This document shows, in pieces, positions 18,107 through 28,267 of a stretch of DNA of 59,673 bases (position 1 is its first letter; every line of letters begins with the position of its first letter). The stretch is from Candidatus Bipolaricaulia bacterium (GTDB lineage: Bacteria; Bipolaricaulota; Bipolaricaulia; RBG-16-55-9), in assembly GCA_042219045.1 (NCBI GenBank), contig JBDGQO010000030.1, positions 1-59,673 on the forward strand, written 5' to 3'. The notes below the pieces were generated by a model. That model had not been told where the DNA came from. It was given only the letters and a program-made list of their open reading frames with translations, and searched no databases. Both the position numbers and the translations under genes were made by a program.

Positions 18107-19978
18107 TCAGTCCTCGCCGAGTTCGAGGTGAGTTTCCGCAACCTCGTCGCGGAGCGGACGGGGCCCCGTCTCGCCGAACTGGAGCGAGTAGAGCGCGTGA
18201 TACATCTCGCCGCGGGCCATCAGCTCGTCGTGGGTGCCCTGCTCGATCAGCTGCCCCTTGTCCAGCACCAGAATCTGGTCCGAGTTCTGGATCGTGGAGA
18301 GCCGATGGGCGATGACGATCGAGGTGCGCCCCTCAAGGAGGCGCTCAATCGATGCCTGGATGAGGCTCTCCGTCTGGGAATCGATATTGGCCGTCGCTTC
18401 GTCCAGAACGAGGATCTTGGGGTCGAACGCGACAGCGCGAGCAAATGCCAGGAGCTGGCGCTCGCCGACCGACAGCGTGGAACCCCGCTCTTTGACCTCG
18501 GTGTCGTAGCCATCGGGGAGCTCTTGGATGAACGCGTCGGCCTGGACGAAGCGGGCGGCGTCGATGGCCTTCTCGCGGGAGATCTCTTCGTCCTGGAGCC
18601 GGATGTTGCTCAGGATGTCGCCGGAGAACATGAACACGTCCTGGAGGACGACGGCCATCTCCTCGCGCAGCTCTTCCAAGGGGACGTCACGGATGTCGAC
18701 GCCGTCCACGAGGATCTGGCCGTGCTGGATCTCGTAGAGCCGCAGAAGGAGGTTGATGATCGTCGTCTTGCCCGATCCCGTCGGGCCGACGATCGCGGCA
18801 CGCTCGCCCGGCTCGACCGTGAACGAGACCCCGCGTAGCACCCAGTCCGCGTGCCCCGGGTATTCCTGATAGGAGAACCAGACGTCGCGGAACTCGATGC
18901 GGCCGTCGACTGACGGCAGCGCCTCTTCCCCCGTGTAGCGCTCGGTCGGCTCATCGAGGAGATTGAAGATGCGTTCCGAGGCAGCCATCGCGCCCTGCAG
19001 GATGTTGTAGCGCTCGGCCAAATCCCGAATCGGGCGGAACAGGCGTTCGGTGTAGTCCCAGAATAGGGCGATGGTGCCGACGGTGATCAGCCCCTCCAGT
19101 TGGGCGTAGCCGCCGATCAGGATGATCATGGCCAAGCCGATGCTGCGGGTGAAGCCGATCATCGGGTTGAACACGGAGAAGATGGCCAGCTGGCGCATGT
19201 GCGCGTCGAACTCTTCCCGGTTGATTTCGGCAAACTTGTCATGGGAGTCGCGCTCGCGGACGAACAGTTGCGTCACGAGCATGCCGTTGATGCTCTCGGA
19301 GATGTAGGCGTTCAGCTTGGCCAGCTTCCGTCGCACCTCGCGATAGGCGTCACGGGCCCGCTTGCGGAACTCGATGGTGATCCAAACGATGAGCGGAAAC
19401 AGCAAGGCAATCACCAACGCCAGCTGCCAGCTGACCACCATCAGGACGCCAAATAGCCCAACAAGAAGGAAAACGTCTCGGAACGCCTCCACCAGAACGG
19501 CCGTGTACATTTCGTTGATGGCGGCGATATCGTTGGTGGCGCGCGTGACCAGTCGTCCCACCGGGTTGGTATCGAAAAAGCGGACGGGCAGCTTCATGAG
19601 ATGCCCAAAAATGCGGGTACGCATGTCGTACATGACTTTCTGGCCCGTGTACTCGAGAATGTAGCGCTGCGATACCTCGGAGGCGAAGCGAAGCAGGAGC
19701 ACGCCGGTCATGACCCATGCCAGCGTCTGGATCCCTTCCATGGGCGGCATCGCGGGCGTCTGGCCCGATTGAACGGCCGGCTTGAGGAACTGGTCGACGC
19801 CGATCTTGAGGATGATCAGCGGAATCCCGATGTCAGTCGCGGTCAAGATGAAGGAGAACCCGATGGCGGCGATGAACAACCAGCGGTAGGGCCTGACAAA
19901 GCGCAACAGCCGCTTCATTAAGCCTGAGTCATACGCTTTGCCGAGCTTTTCTTCCTCCCAGTGGAATTCCATGGGCAT
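18107..19978 (-). CDS. ABC exporter fused permease/ATPase (MdlB/YheH-like)
   Basis: TM domain; GPTGSGKT, LSVGERQ, LDEAT, AHRLST. Confidence 0.95.
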   Translation of the reverse strand: MPMEFHWEEEKLGKAYDSGLMKRLLRFVRPYRWLFIAAIGFSFILTATDIGIPLIILKIGVDQFLKPAVQSGQTPAMPPMEGIQTLAWVMTGVLLLRFASEVSQRYILEYTGQKVMYDMRTRIFGHLMKLPVRFFDTNPVGRLVTRATNDIAAINEMYTAVLVEAFRDVFLLVGLFGVLMVVSWQLALVIALLFPLIVWITIEFRKRARDAYREVRRKLAKLNAYISESINGMLVTQLFVRERDSHDKFAEINREEFDAHMRQLAIFSVFNPMIGFTRSIGLAMIILIGGYAQLEGLITVGTIALFWDYTERLFRPIRDLAERYNILQGAMAASERIFNLLDEPTERYTGEEALPSVDGRIEFRDVWFSYQEYPGHADWVLRGVSFTVEPGERAAIVGPTGSGKTTIINLLLRLYEIQHGQILVDGVDIRDVPLEELREEMAVVLQDVFMFSGDILSNIRLQDEEISREKAIDAARFVQADAFIQELPDGYDTEVKERGSTLSVGERQLLAFARAVAFDPKILVLDEATANIDSQTESLIQASIERLLEGRTSIVIAHRLSTIQNSDQILVLDKGQLIEQGTHDELMARGEMYHALYSLQFGETGPRPLRDEVAETHLELGED

Positions 19979-19980
19979 GG

Positions 19981-21699
19981 CTAAACCATGGCCTCCGCGC
20001 TCTGAAGGTCGTGCAGATGGGCGTAAATCCCATCGTTGGCAAGCAGATTCTCATGGGTACCGCGCTCGGCCACGCGGCCGCGATCGAGGACGATCACCTG
20101 ATCCAAGTTCTGCACCGCCGAGACGCGATGGGCGATCACGATGGCGGTCCGGGTTGCCAGCACGTCCTCGAGGTTGTGCAGAATCTCTTTCTCCTTCTCG
20201 GCATCCACGGCCGACAAAGCGTCGTCAAGCACGAGCACCGTCGGGTCCGAAACGAGCGCGCGGGCGATCGCCACGCGCTGCTTCTGGCCCCCGGAAAGCG
20301 ACACCCCACGCTCGCCGAGGATGGTGCGGAAGCCGTCCGGCATCTCCGCGATCTCGTCGTCGATCCCGGCCCGCTCCGTCGCTTCGATGATCTCGCGCTC
20401 GCTCGCGTCGGGATTGCCGAAGGCGATGTTGTCCCAGATCGTCGTGGAGAAGAGAAACCCGTCTTGAGGGACGAGCGCAATCCGCTTCCGGAGACTGGCG
20501 AGCTCGTAGTGGCGGACGTCGCGATCGTCCAGGAACAGCTCGTTCGGCGGCGGCTCGAAGACCCGCGTCAGCAGGTGGACAAGGGTGCTTTTGCCCGCGC
20601 CCGTCAGCCCGATGACCCCGAGCGTCTGGCCGGGTTCGATCGTGACGTCGACGTCGTCCAACACCGTCGGCCCGTCTTCCTCGTACGCAAATGTCAAGCC
20701 GCGATAGGCGATGCGGCCGGGGCCGTCAAACGGAATCGCGTTCGGCGCGTCGTAGACGGTGGGCTCGACGTCGAGGATCCGATCGATGCGGTTCATGGAG
20801 GCCGCCCCGCGCTGGACGATGTTGACGGTCAACCCGATCGCACGGATCGGCCAGAACATCATCTCCAGAATCAGATAGAAGGAGGCGAAGTTGCCGGGTG
20901 TCATTGTGCCGGCGATGACGGCCTGTCCGCCGACGACAAGGAAGATCAACCGGGAAGCGCCGGTCACCAGCCCGACCAACGGTTCAAAAAACGCCCAGAT
21001 CCGCACGAGGTGGAGGTTGCGATCGACAAAGCGCTGATTGATGTCGTCAAAGTAGCCGTCCATGCCTCGCTCTTGGGCGAACGTCTTGATCACCCGGATG
21101 CCAGAGAGCGACTCTTGGACGCGCTCGGTCAACCGCGAGAAGGTCTCCTGCACGATCCGGAAGCGTTGGTGGATGACCCGACCGAAGACGACGACAAAGA
21201 TCGACATCAACGGAAGGGGCGCCATGGAATAGAGGGTCAAGGACGGGTTGATCGAGATGAGCATCGCGAGCCCGAGCGAGCCGAGGATGACGAAGTCCGC
21301 CAGCGTCAGCACGCCGAAGCCGGTCGCGCGCATCACGGCGTTGACGTCGTTCGTGAAATGCGCCATCAGATCGCCCGTCTTGGTCTCCTGATAGAACGGA
21401 GCCCCAAGCCGCAAGATGTGCTCGTAGAGTCGGTTGCGGACGTCTCGCCGGATGCGTCGTGACGTGCCGAGCAGAAGATAGCGCCAGACGAATCGCAACG
21501 TCGCTACGGCGGCCGCGATGCCGACCACAATCAATGCATAGCGGAGGAGGTTCCCGCCATCGTTTTCCAACACGTCGTCAATGACGAAGCCAATGAAGCG
21601 CGGAATGGCGAGCTGTCCGGCGTTGGTGATGGTCAAGGCCACCACGCCGAGCAGCACGTAGCGGCGATAGAACCAGATGTAGTTGATCAGGCTGCGCAT
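19981..21699 (-). CDS. ABC exporter fused permease/ATPase (MdlA/YheI-like, degenerate Walker B)
   Basis: GLTGAGKS, LSGGQKQR, LDDAL; start ATG 21699 with GGAGG upstream. Confidence 0.93.
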   Translation of the reverse strand: MRSLINYIWFYRRYVLLGVVALTITNAGQLAIPRFIGFVIDDVLENDGGNLLRYALIVVGIAAAVATLRFVWRYLLLGTSRRIRRDVRNRLYEHILRLGAPFYQETKTGDLMAHFTNDVNAVMRATGFGVLTLADFVILGSLGLAMLISINPSLTLYSMAPLPLMSIFVVVFGRVIHQRFRIVQETFSRLTERVQESLSGIRVIKTFAQERGMDGYFDDINQRFVDRNLHLVRIWAFFEPLVGLVTGASRLIFLVVGGQAVIAGTMTPGNFASFYLILEMMFWPIRAIGLTVNIVQRGAASMNRIDRILDVEPTVYDAPNAIPFDGPGRIAYRGLTFAYEEDGPTVLDDVDVTIEPGQTLGVIGLTGAGKSTLVHLLTRVFEPPPNELFLDDRDVRHYELASLRKRIALVPQDGFLFSTTIWDNIAFGNPDASEREIIEATERAGIDDEIAEMPDGFRTILGERGVSLSGGQKQRVAIARALVSDPTVLVLDDALSAVDAEKEKEILHNLEDVLATRTAIVIAHRVSAVQNLDQVIVLDRGRVAERGTHENLLANDGIYAHLHDLQSAEAMV

Positions 21700-21801
21700 C
21701 GACGAAAACCTCCGGGACCGGAACAAAAAGCGGACATCAACGAAGGCCCATCATGTTAGTCCGCTGTCAAACGAGTTTCAACACAGAACCCACACACCGT
21801 A

Positions 21802-21831
21802 TTGACACTCGACATCTGGGGGTGCTAAGCT
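21802..21831 (+). promoter_or_regulatory. sigma70-type promoter of sugar ABC/gal operon
   Basis: TTGACA-N18-TAAGCT with TGn extension. Confidence 0.65.
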
Positions 21832-21951
21832 CCCTATAAAGGTTACCCAGCTTCGATAGCCATACAAAGGGGTGGTTGATATCTAAAAACCCCCAAAGCC
21901 GGCAGTTCTGCGGCGTCTACCCGTCAATCATCTTTACGAGGAGGTCGTATT

Positions 21952-23238
21952 ATGCCGGAGCGATTCCAAGGGATCACCCGCCGTAACCTGCTCAAAGGGG
22001 CTGGCGCCACCGCCGCCCTGGCGACGTTCACCCCGGCCCCGAACTTGTTCGCCCAGAACAACCAGTTGGAGGTCTTCTCCTGGTGGGCCGGAAGCGAGGG
22101 CGTTGCCCTTCAGGCGCTCTTTGACCTCTACAAGGAGAAGTGGCCGGACGTCGAGATCGTCAACGCCGTCGTCGCGGGCGGCGCGGGCATCAATGCCAAA
22201 GCCGTCCTCAAGACGCGCATGCTCGGCGGCGATCCGCCGGACAGCTTCCAGGTCCACGCCGGTCGCGAGCTGATCGGGACCTGGGTCGTGGCCGACCGAC
22301 TCCAGGATCTGACCCCGATGTTCCAAGATCAGGGCTGGATGGATGCCTTTCCGGATCAGCTCATTGACCTAATCAGCACGGACGAGGGGATCTGGTCCGT
22401 GCCCTTGACGATCCACCGCTCCAACGTCAACTGGTACAACCCGAACACGCTCAACGACTTGGGCTTTGACGGTCCGCCGTCCAGTTGGGCCGACTTTTTG
22501 GCCATGGCCCCCGAGATCCAGGATCAGGGCGTCACGCCGCTGGTCGTGGCCAAGAACTGGACCGTCCAGCACTTGTGGGAAAGCGTCGCGCTCAGCGAGC
22601 TCGGCCCCGAGAAGTGGGCGGCCCTGTTCAACGGTGAACTCTCGTTCACGAGCAGCGACGCCGTGCGGACCTGGGAGACGCTCAATGAGGTCCTCAAGTT
22701 CACCAACATCGACGAGGACGCCTCGTCGCTCTCCTGGCAGCAGGCCAGCGACCGGATCGCCAACGGCAAGGCTGCCTTCAACGTCATGGGCGACTGGGCC
22801 GCCGGTTACATGATCGAGACGCTCGAGCTCACGCCGGGCGAGGAATTCAACTGGGCACCGTCGCCGGGCACCGACGGCAACTTCCTGATGTTGTCCGATT
22901 CCTTCCCGTTGCCGACCAACCCGCCGCACCCTGAAAACGCCAACAACTGGCTAACGTTGCTCGGGTCCAAGGAAGGCTCGGACGTCTTCAACCCGAAGAA
23001 GGGGTCCATCTCGCCACGGGTTGACAGCGACCTGAGCCTCTACAGCCCGTACTCCCAGTCTGCGGCCGAGGACTTCCGCCAAGACACTCTTGCCGGAAGC
23101 CTCGTCCACGGCATTGTTGCCAACGAGAACTTCATGAGCAGCTTCGCCAACGTGATGAGCATCTTCCTCGATAGCCGCGACCCGCAGCGGGCGGCCAACG
23201 CCGCGCAGGCGGTCGCCAAGCAGACCGGCGTCGCGTAA
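21952..23238 (+). CDS. Sugar ABC substrate-binding protein, glucose/galactose-type, Tat-exported
   Basis: TRRNLLK Tat motif; LEVFSWW, VAGGAG, GDPPDSFQVHAG, IHRSN, MGDWA, LSDSF, FNPKKGSI. Confidence 0.9.
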   Translation: MPERFQGITRRNLLKGAGATAALATFTPAPNLFAQNNQLEVFSWWAGSEGVALQALFDLYKEKWPDVEIVNAVVAGGAGINAKAVLKTRMLGGDPPDSFQVHAGRELIGTWVVADRLQDLTPMFQDQGWMDAFPDQLIDLISTDEGIWSVPLTIHRSNVNWYNPNTLNDLGFDGPPSSWADFLAMAPEIQDQGVTPLVVAKNWTVQHLWESVALSELGPEKWAALFNGELSFTSSDAVRTWETLNEVLKFTNIDEDASSLSWQQASDRIANGKAAFNVMGDWAAGYMIETLELTPGEEFNWAPSPGTDGNFLMLSDSFPLPTNPPHPENANNWLTLLGSKEGSDVFNPKKGSISPRVDSDLSLYSPYSQSAAEDFRQDTLAGSLVHGIVANENFMSSFANVMSIFLDSRDPQRAANAAQAVAKQTGVA

Positions 23239-23268
23239 CGTCCACGGGTCCATACACCGATGGATTCT

Positions 23269-23306
23269 CGAAGGGGACTCGGGATGACTTGCCTGAGTCC
23301 CCTTCG
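23269..23306 (+). terminator. Stem-loop between sugar SBP and permease
   Basis: CGAAGGGGACTCGGG / CCTGAGTCCCCTTCG inverted repeat. Confidence 0.65.
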
Positions 23307-23353
23307 TCAACCTACGCTAGGCACTGAGATACAGGCATCCTCCAGGAGCCAAC

Positions 23354-24475
23354 ATGTATTCACGTCGTGACCGCATTGTGGCGATCCTTGTCCTGCTTCC
23401 CTCGATCGTGCTGCTGGGCGTCTTCGTCTACTGGTTCATCGGCCAGAACGTCTACTTCTCTCTGACCGACTGGGGCACCGGCGCCGCCTTGGCCAAAACG
23501 CCTCAGCTCAGCTTCGTCGGACTCGACAATTACGCCAACCTGTTCACGGGGTTTTTGGAGACTCGGTTTCGTCAGGACCTGGTCAACGTCTTCTTTTTCA
23601 CGCTGTTGTTTGTCGGCGGCGCGCTCGGCCTGGGACTGCTCTTTGCCATATTCCTCGATCGGGAGATCCACGCCGAAGGCGTAGTGCGCACGATATTCCT
23701 CTACCCCATGGCACTGTCGTTCATCGTCACGGGGACGATCTGGCGGTGGCTGTTCAATCCGAGCGGTGGTCTCAACGAGCTTCCTGAGGTCTTTGGCCTC
23801 TCTCAGCTCCAGTTCGGCTGGCTCAACAGCAACGCCCAATACTTGCAATTCAACTGGCAGGACTTGCCCATGGTGACAGCTCTGGTCGTGGGCATCGCGT
23901 TCGCCCTGATCGCGGTCCATCGTTGGCGTCATGCCAGCCGACGGGCTGCCGTGTCAGTCGGGATCCCCGCGGTCCTGCTGTTGGCCTACTATCTCTGGGG
24001 CGACGCCATTACGCCGGAGACTTTCGCACTGCCCTTTTCCGAAACCCATGGGTTCAACGTGGCGCTCATCGGCGTCGTGATCGCGGCCGCTTGGCAGTTC
24101 TCCGGCTACACCATGGCGCTCTATCTCGCCGGGATGCGTGGCGTCTCCGACGACGTCCGCGAGAGCGCCGAGATCGACGGCTGCAACATCGTCCAATTCT
24201 ATCGCTTCGTCATTCTGCCGCTCGTGAAACCGATCACGCTGAGCGCGCTCATCATCCTGGGCCACATCTCGCTCAAGACCTTCGCGCTCGTCTTCGTGAT
24301 GACGGGCCCCGACTATCCGCCGACCGACCTGCCGAGCGTCTTGATGTTCGTCAAGACGTTCAGGAGCAATCTATTTGCGGAGGGGGCCGCCATTGCCGTG
24401 GTGCTGTTCGTGCTCGTGGCGCTCGTCGTCGTGCCCTATCTCGTCTCCGCGTTGAGGGAGCGCGCCGCGACATGA
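23354..24475 (+). CDS. Sugar ABC permease (MalF-like)
   Basis: [31 protein letters not shown] loop. Confidence 0.93.
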   Translation: MYSRRDRIVAILVLLPSIVLLGVFVYWFIGQNVYFSLTDWGTGAALAKTPQLSFVGLDNYANLFTGFLETRFRQDLVNVFFFTLLFVGGALGLGLLFAIFLDREIHAEGVVRTIFLYPMALSFIVTGTIWRWLFNPSGGLNELPEVFGLSQLQFGWLNSNAQYLQFNWQDLPMVTALVVGIAFALIAVHRWRHASRRAAVSVGIPAVLLLAYYLWGDAITPETFALPFSETHGFNVALIGVVIAAAWQFSGYTMALYLAGMRGVSDDVRESAEIDGCNIVQFYRFVILPLVKPITLSALIILGHISLKTFALVFVMTGPDYPPTDLPSVLMFVKTFRSNLFAEGAAIAVVLFVLVALVVVPYLVSALRERAAT

Positions 24476-25293
24476 GACGCCTGCGGCCGAGTCGAGTCGC
24501 TCTGTATGCGGTGGTGCTGCTGTTCGTGCTCATCTATCTCATGCCCGTCTACATGACGATGGTGACCGCGCTCAAGACGCCTCAGGAAATCGCCAACACC
24601 AACGTCTGGGTGCCGCCCACGACGCCGAACTGGGGCAGCTTTGTGGAGGCGTTCCGCATGATGGACGACAACCTGCGCAACAGCCTCGTGCTCACCATCA
24701 GCGCCACCCTGCTCTCGGCGGTTCTGGGATCGCTGAACGGTTACGTGCTGTCCAAGTGGAAGTTCCGCGGCTCAGAGGTGCTGTTCACGCTGATGCTGTT
24801 CGGCATGTTCATTCCCTACCAAGTCATTCTGATTCCGCTGTTCCAGACGCTCAAACAGATGGGCCTCTACGGCGGTTTACCCGGGTTGGTTCTGACGCAT
24901 GTGGTTTACGGGCTGCCGATTACGACGCTCATCTTTCGGAACTTCTACGCCCAGATCCCCAATTCGATTCTGGAGTCGGCCGTCATCGACGGCGCGACGT
25001 TTTTCGGCATCTACCGCCGGATCATCTTTCCGCTGTCGTGGCTCGGGTTCGTCGTCGTCATCATTTGGCAGTTCACCCAGGTCTGGAATGAGTTCCTCTG
25101 GGCGGTCACGCTCACCCGGCGAGGTGCCCATCCGATCACGGTTGCACTGTCACAAATGGCTGGCGGTCAGGCGGTCACGTGGAATTTGCCCATGGCCGGG
25201 TCGATCCTGGCCGCGCTGCCGACCGTGATCATCTACATCATCTTCGGCCGCTACTTCATCCGCGGCTTGTTGGCCGGATCCGTGAAGGGATAA
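24472..25293 (+). CDS. Sugar ABC permease (MalG-like)
   Basis: ATG 24472 overlaps upstream [34 protein letters not shown]. Confidence 0.93.
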   Translation: MRRLRPSRVALYAVVLLFVLIYLMPVYMTMVTALKTPQEIANTNVWVPPTTPNWGSFVEAFRMMDDNLRNSLVLTISATLLSAVLGSLNGYVLSKWKFRGSEVLFTLMLFGMFIPYQVILIPLFQTLKQMGLYGGLPGLVLTHVVYGLPITTLIFRNFYAQIPNSILESAVIDGATFFGIYRRIIFPLSWLGFVVVIIWQFTQVWNEFLWAVTLTRRGAHPITVALSQMAGGQAVTWNLPMAGSILAALPTVIIYIIFGRYFIRGLLAGSVKG

Positions 25294-25296
25294 CCC

Positions 25297-26031
25297 ATGA
25301 ACAACGGAGCCCACCAACGGCTCACGCCGAACGAGCAGGCCCACTATCGCCAACTCGGAGCGGATGCCCGAGATGTCGTTGAAGAGATCTGTGGGGAGAT
25401 TCTTCCCGAACGGGCTGAGCATGACGTCGCGGGTGAGGTCGAGGGAGCGCTTGTGGCCGAGGGCATAATCCCGAGCGTTCTATTGGTTGGCTCCGACGAG
25501 CGGGCCTACCGCTACCGCGACCCGATTCCCAAGGCCAAGCCGATCGATCGCTATGTCAAGGTCGTCGTCTGTGCCCGGCGTCAGGGGCTGGTCGCCAATC
25601 TGACGCGATGCGTCCATTTCGGCGAGCCGCCGTCCGAGCTGCGGGAGCGCTTCGAGGCCGTGACGACCGTCGATGCCCGCATGATCGGGGCCACACGGGT
25701 TGGCGTCAGCGTTGCAGACATATTCCAGCAAAGGGTTGACGGCTATCGGGACGTCGGATACGACGGCGAGTGGAAGTGTCACCATCAGGGCGGTGCCACG
25801 GGCTACGCCGAGCGCGAATATCTCGCGACGCCCGAGGTCGACGAGACGGTCCTCGACGCGCCGGCGTTTGCCTGGCCCCCCTCCATCCAAGGCAGCAAAT
25901 CGGAGGCCCCGATCCTCGTGAGCGAGGCGGACGGGATGGAGTACATCACCAAGCCCGGCAATGGTTGGCCAACCCAAGTCCACACGGTCGACGGGTTCGA
26001 CATCGCTCGACCGGATCTGCTCGTTCGATGA
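25297..26031 (+). CDS. M24-like metallopeptidase-fold protein, short and possibly degenerate
   Basis: GLVANLTR, HHQGGATGY..RE, FAW.PSI.G.K.E; lacks an N-terminal domain. Confidence 0.6.
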   Translation: MNNGAHQRLTPNEQAHYRQLGADARDVVEEICGEILPERAEHDVAGEVEGALVAEGIIPSVLLVGSDERAYRYRDPIPKAKPIDRYVKVVVCARRQGLVANLTRCVHFGEPPSELRERFEAVTTVDARMIGATRVGVSVADIFQQRVDGYRDVGYDGEWKCHHQGGATGYAEREYLATPEVDETVLDAPAFAWPPSIQGSKSEAPILVSEADGMEYITKPGNGWPTQVHTVDGFDIARPDLLVR

Positions 26032-26153
26032 AGCCGGAACGACGTTCGGGATCAAGGCTGATCAAGGCCGTCAAGGCCAAGGACGATGGCCGTCGGATTA
26101 TCTACTACGACCGTCCCACTGACACCTCTCCGGAAACGGACGACGATGGCTGA
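26028..26153 (+). CDS. 41-aa microprotein resembling GalT N-terminal extension
   Basis: MKPERRSGSRLIKAVKAKDDGRRIIYYDRPTDTSPETDDDG; ATGA overlap upstream, 8-nt overlap with galT start. Confidence 0.65.
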   Translation: MKPERRSGSRLIKAVKAKDDGRRIIYYDRPTDTSPETDDDG

Positions 26154-27108
26154 GCTGCGCTGGCATCCGCTTCTGCGCGAGTGGACGATCGTCGCCGACG
26201 AACGCCAAGAGCGGCCCGTGTTGCCCGAAGGGCGCTGCCCGCTCTGCCCTGGCGTCCTCGAGCTTCCCCGAGATTATCACATCGCCAGCTTCGAGAACCG
26301 TTTTCCATCCTTGCGTCGAGAGCCTCGACCGCCCGACATCGCTGGGGATGAGCTCTACCGCGTTCGTGCCAACGAGGGCATCTGCGAGGTGCTCGTCTAC
26401 TGCGCCGAACACGAGCGCGAGCCCTCAGAACTCTCCATCTCGCAACTGACGGACTTGGTGGAAGTCTGGGTCGATCGCACCTCTGATCTCGCTCAATACG
26501 GGTTTGTGGACTGCGTCTTCATCTTCGAGAATCGCGGAAAGGATGTCGGCGTCACGCTCCACCATCCGCACGGCCAGATCTACGGCATCCCCTACGTGCC
26601 GCCGATCATTGAGCGCGAAATTCACAGCGCCCAGGCCTATTTCGGTAACCATGGCGTCAATTTGTTCGATGCCATTATCGATCGAGAAGCGGCTTCCGGC
26701 GAGCGGGTCGTCTTCAATGATGATAATTTCGTCGCGTTTGTGCCGTTCTTTGCCCGCTATCCCTATGAAGTGCACCTCTATGCTACGGCCGCTGTGCCTG
26801 ATTTGCGCGCTCTGGCACCTGAACAATACAAACCGCTGGCTCGTGCGCTCAAGACGGTTCGGATGAAATACGACGCGCTCTTCGCCACGCCGCTGCCGCA
26901 CATGATGGTTTTCCATCAGGCGCCCCTTGACGGAGGCAATCACGAGCACTATCGCTTCCATATCGAGTTCTATCCGCTCCAACGGGCCGCGGATAAGCTG
27001 AAGTATCGAGCTGGGGTGGAGAGCGGCGCCGGCACGTTCACCGTGGACATCGCCCCAGAGACGATGGCCCGAGAGCTGAGGTCCATGGATGTCGATCCCG
27101 ACGACTGA
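26146..27108 (+). CDS. galT: Galactose-1-phosphate uridylyltransferase
   Basis: ELRWHPL..EW, CPLCP, FENRFPSL, FENRG..VGVTLHHPHGQIY; start moved to ATG 26146. Confidence 0.96.
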   Translation: MAELRWHPLLREWTIVADERQERPVLPEGRCPLCPGVLELPRDYHIASFENRFPSLRREPRPPDIAGDELYRVRANEGICEVLVYCAEHEREPSELSISQLTDLVEVWVDRTSDLAQYGFVDCVFIFENRGKDVGVTLHHPHGQIYGIPYVPPIIEREIHSAQAYFGNHGVNLFDAIIDREAASGERVVFNDDNFVAFVPFFARYPYEVHLYATAAVPDLRALAPEQYKPLARALKTVRMKYDALFATPLPHMMVFHQAPLDGGNHEHYRFHIEFYPLQRAADKLKYRAGVESGAGTFTVDIAPETMARELRSMDVDPDD

Positions 27109-28267
27109 TCTGATAGCCCGATTCGAGCAACGGTTTAGCGCATTCCCGGACGTCCATGCTCAAGCGCCGGGCCGTGTCAACCTGATCGGCGAACACACCG
27201 ACTACAACGACGGGCTCGTGCTGCCGATCGGGATCGACCGCGCGACGCACTGTCTGCTGAGCGCTCGAGCCGACGCGACGATCCAGCTCCATGCGGACGG
27301 CTACGATGAGACGCATCACGCCTCGCTCGCGGCGTTGACGCCCCAAGGCCGGTGGAGCGACTATGCACTCGGCGTCGTCCACGAACTCCAGCATGCGGGG
27401 TATAAGCTGTCGGGATTTGAGGCACTGGTCGTCAGCAATGTGCCGATCGGGGCAGGCCTGTCCAGCTCAGCGGCGTTGGAGATGTCGGTCGCCTGCGGGC
27501 TCGTCGCGTTGTTCGATCTCGACGTCCCGGCGCTTGAGCTGATTCGGCTATCTCAGCGCGCGGAGAACGACTTCGTTGGCACGCGCTGCGGGGTCATGGA
27601 TCCGTACGTGGCGTACCACGCCAAGGCGGATCACGCCGTCTACTTGGACACGCGGACGCTGCGACACGAGTTGATCGCGATCAACGTAGCGCATACATCG
27701 TTGCTGGTGATCGACACGGGTGTGCAGCATGAACTGGCGTCGGGCGCGTACAACAAGCGCCGCGAGGAGTGTGAGGAGTGCGTCCGTCGGCTCCAAGAGC
27801 ATGACCCCTCGATTCGCGCGCTGCGCGACGTGACGCCCGAATCTCTGGACGCTCAGCGCGGTGCTCTTCCCGATCCGCTGGATCGGCGAGCCCAACACGT
27901 TGTCGACGAGAACCGGCGCGTGGCGCAGACCGTGGACGCCCTCCGAGCCGCAGACCGATCACGCGTCGGCGAGTTCTTCTACGCCTCGCACGCCAGCCTG
28001 CGCGACCTGTACGAGGTCAGTGCTCCCGAGCTCGACCATCTGGTTGACTTGGCTCAACAGGCCGACGTCGTCGGCGCGCGCATGACCGGCGGCGGCTTCG
28101 GCGGCGCGACGATCCATCTGGTCCACGAGGACCGAATGGCTGACTACGAGGCGTTCGTAACCGAGCGCTTTACGGAACGATTCAAACAACAGCCGACGAT
28201 CTTTGAGGTGCGCCCCGGCGAGGGCGCCCAGGCTGAACCCCTTGATGGAGGAGTTGATTCGCCATGA
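27089..28267 (+). CDS. galK: Galactokinase
   Basis: APGRVNLIGEHTDYN, PIGAGLSSSAA, CGVMD, GARMTGGGFGG. Confidence 0.97.
   Translation: MSIPTTDLIARFEQRFSAFPDVHAQAPGRVNLIGEHTDYNDGLVLPIGIDRATHCLLSARADATIQLHADGYDETHHASLAALTPQGRWSDYALGVVHELQHAGYKLSGFEALVVSNVPIGAGLSSSAALEMSVACGLVALFDLDVPALELIRLSQRAENDFVGTRCGVMDPYVAYHAKADHAVYLDTRTLRHELIAINVAHTSLLVIDTGVQHELASGAYNKRREECEECVRRLQEHDPSIRALRDVTPESLDAQRGALPDPLDRRAQHVVDENRRVAQTVDALRAADRSRVGEFFYASHASLRDLYEVSAPELDHLVDLAQQADVVGARMTGGGFGGATIHLVHEDRMADYEAFVTERFTERFKQQPTIFEVRPGEGAQAEPLDGGVDSP

Noticed and set aside
23923..24471. N-terminal extension of the second sugar permease
   Set aside because: Overlaps the first permease out of frame; the real start is ATG 24472.
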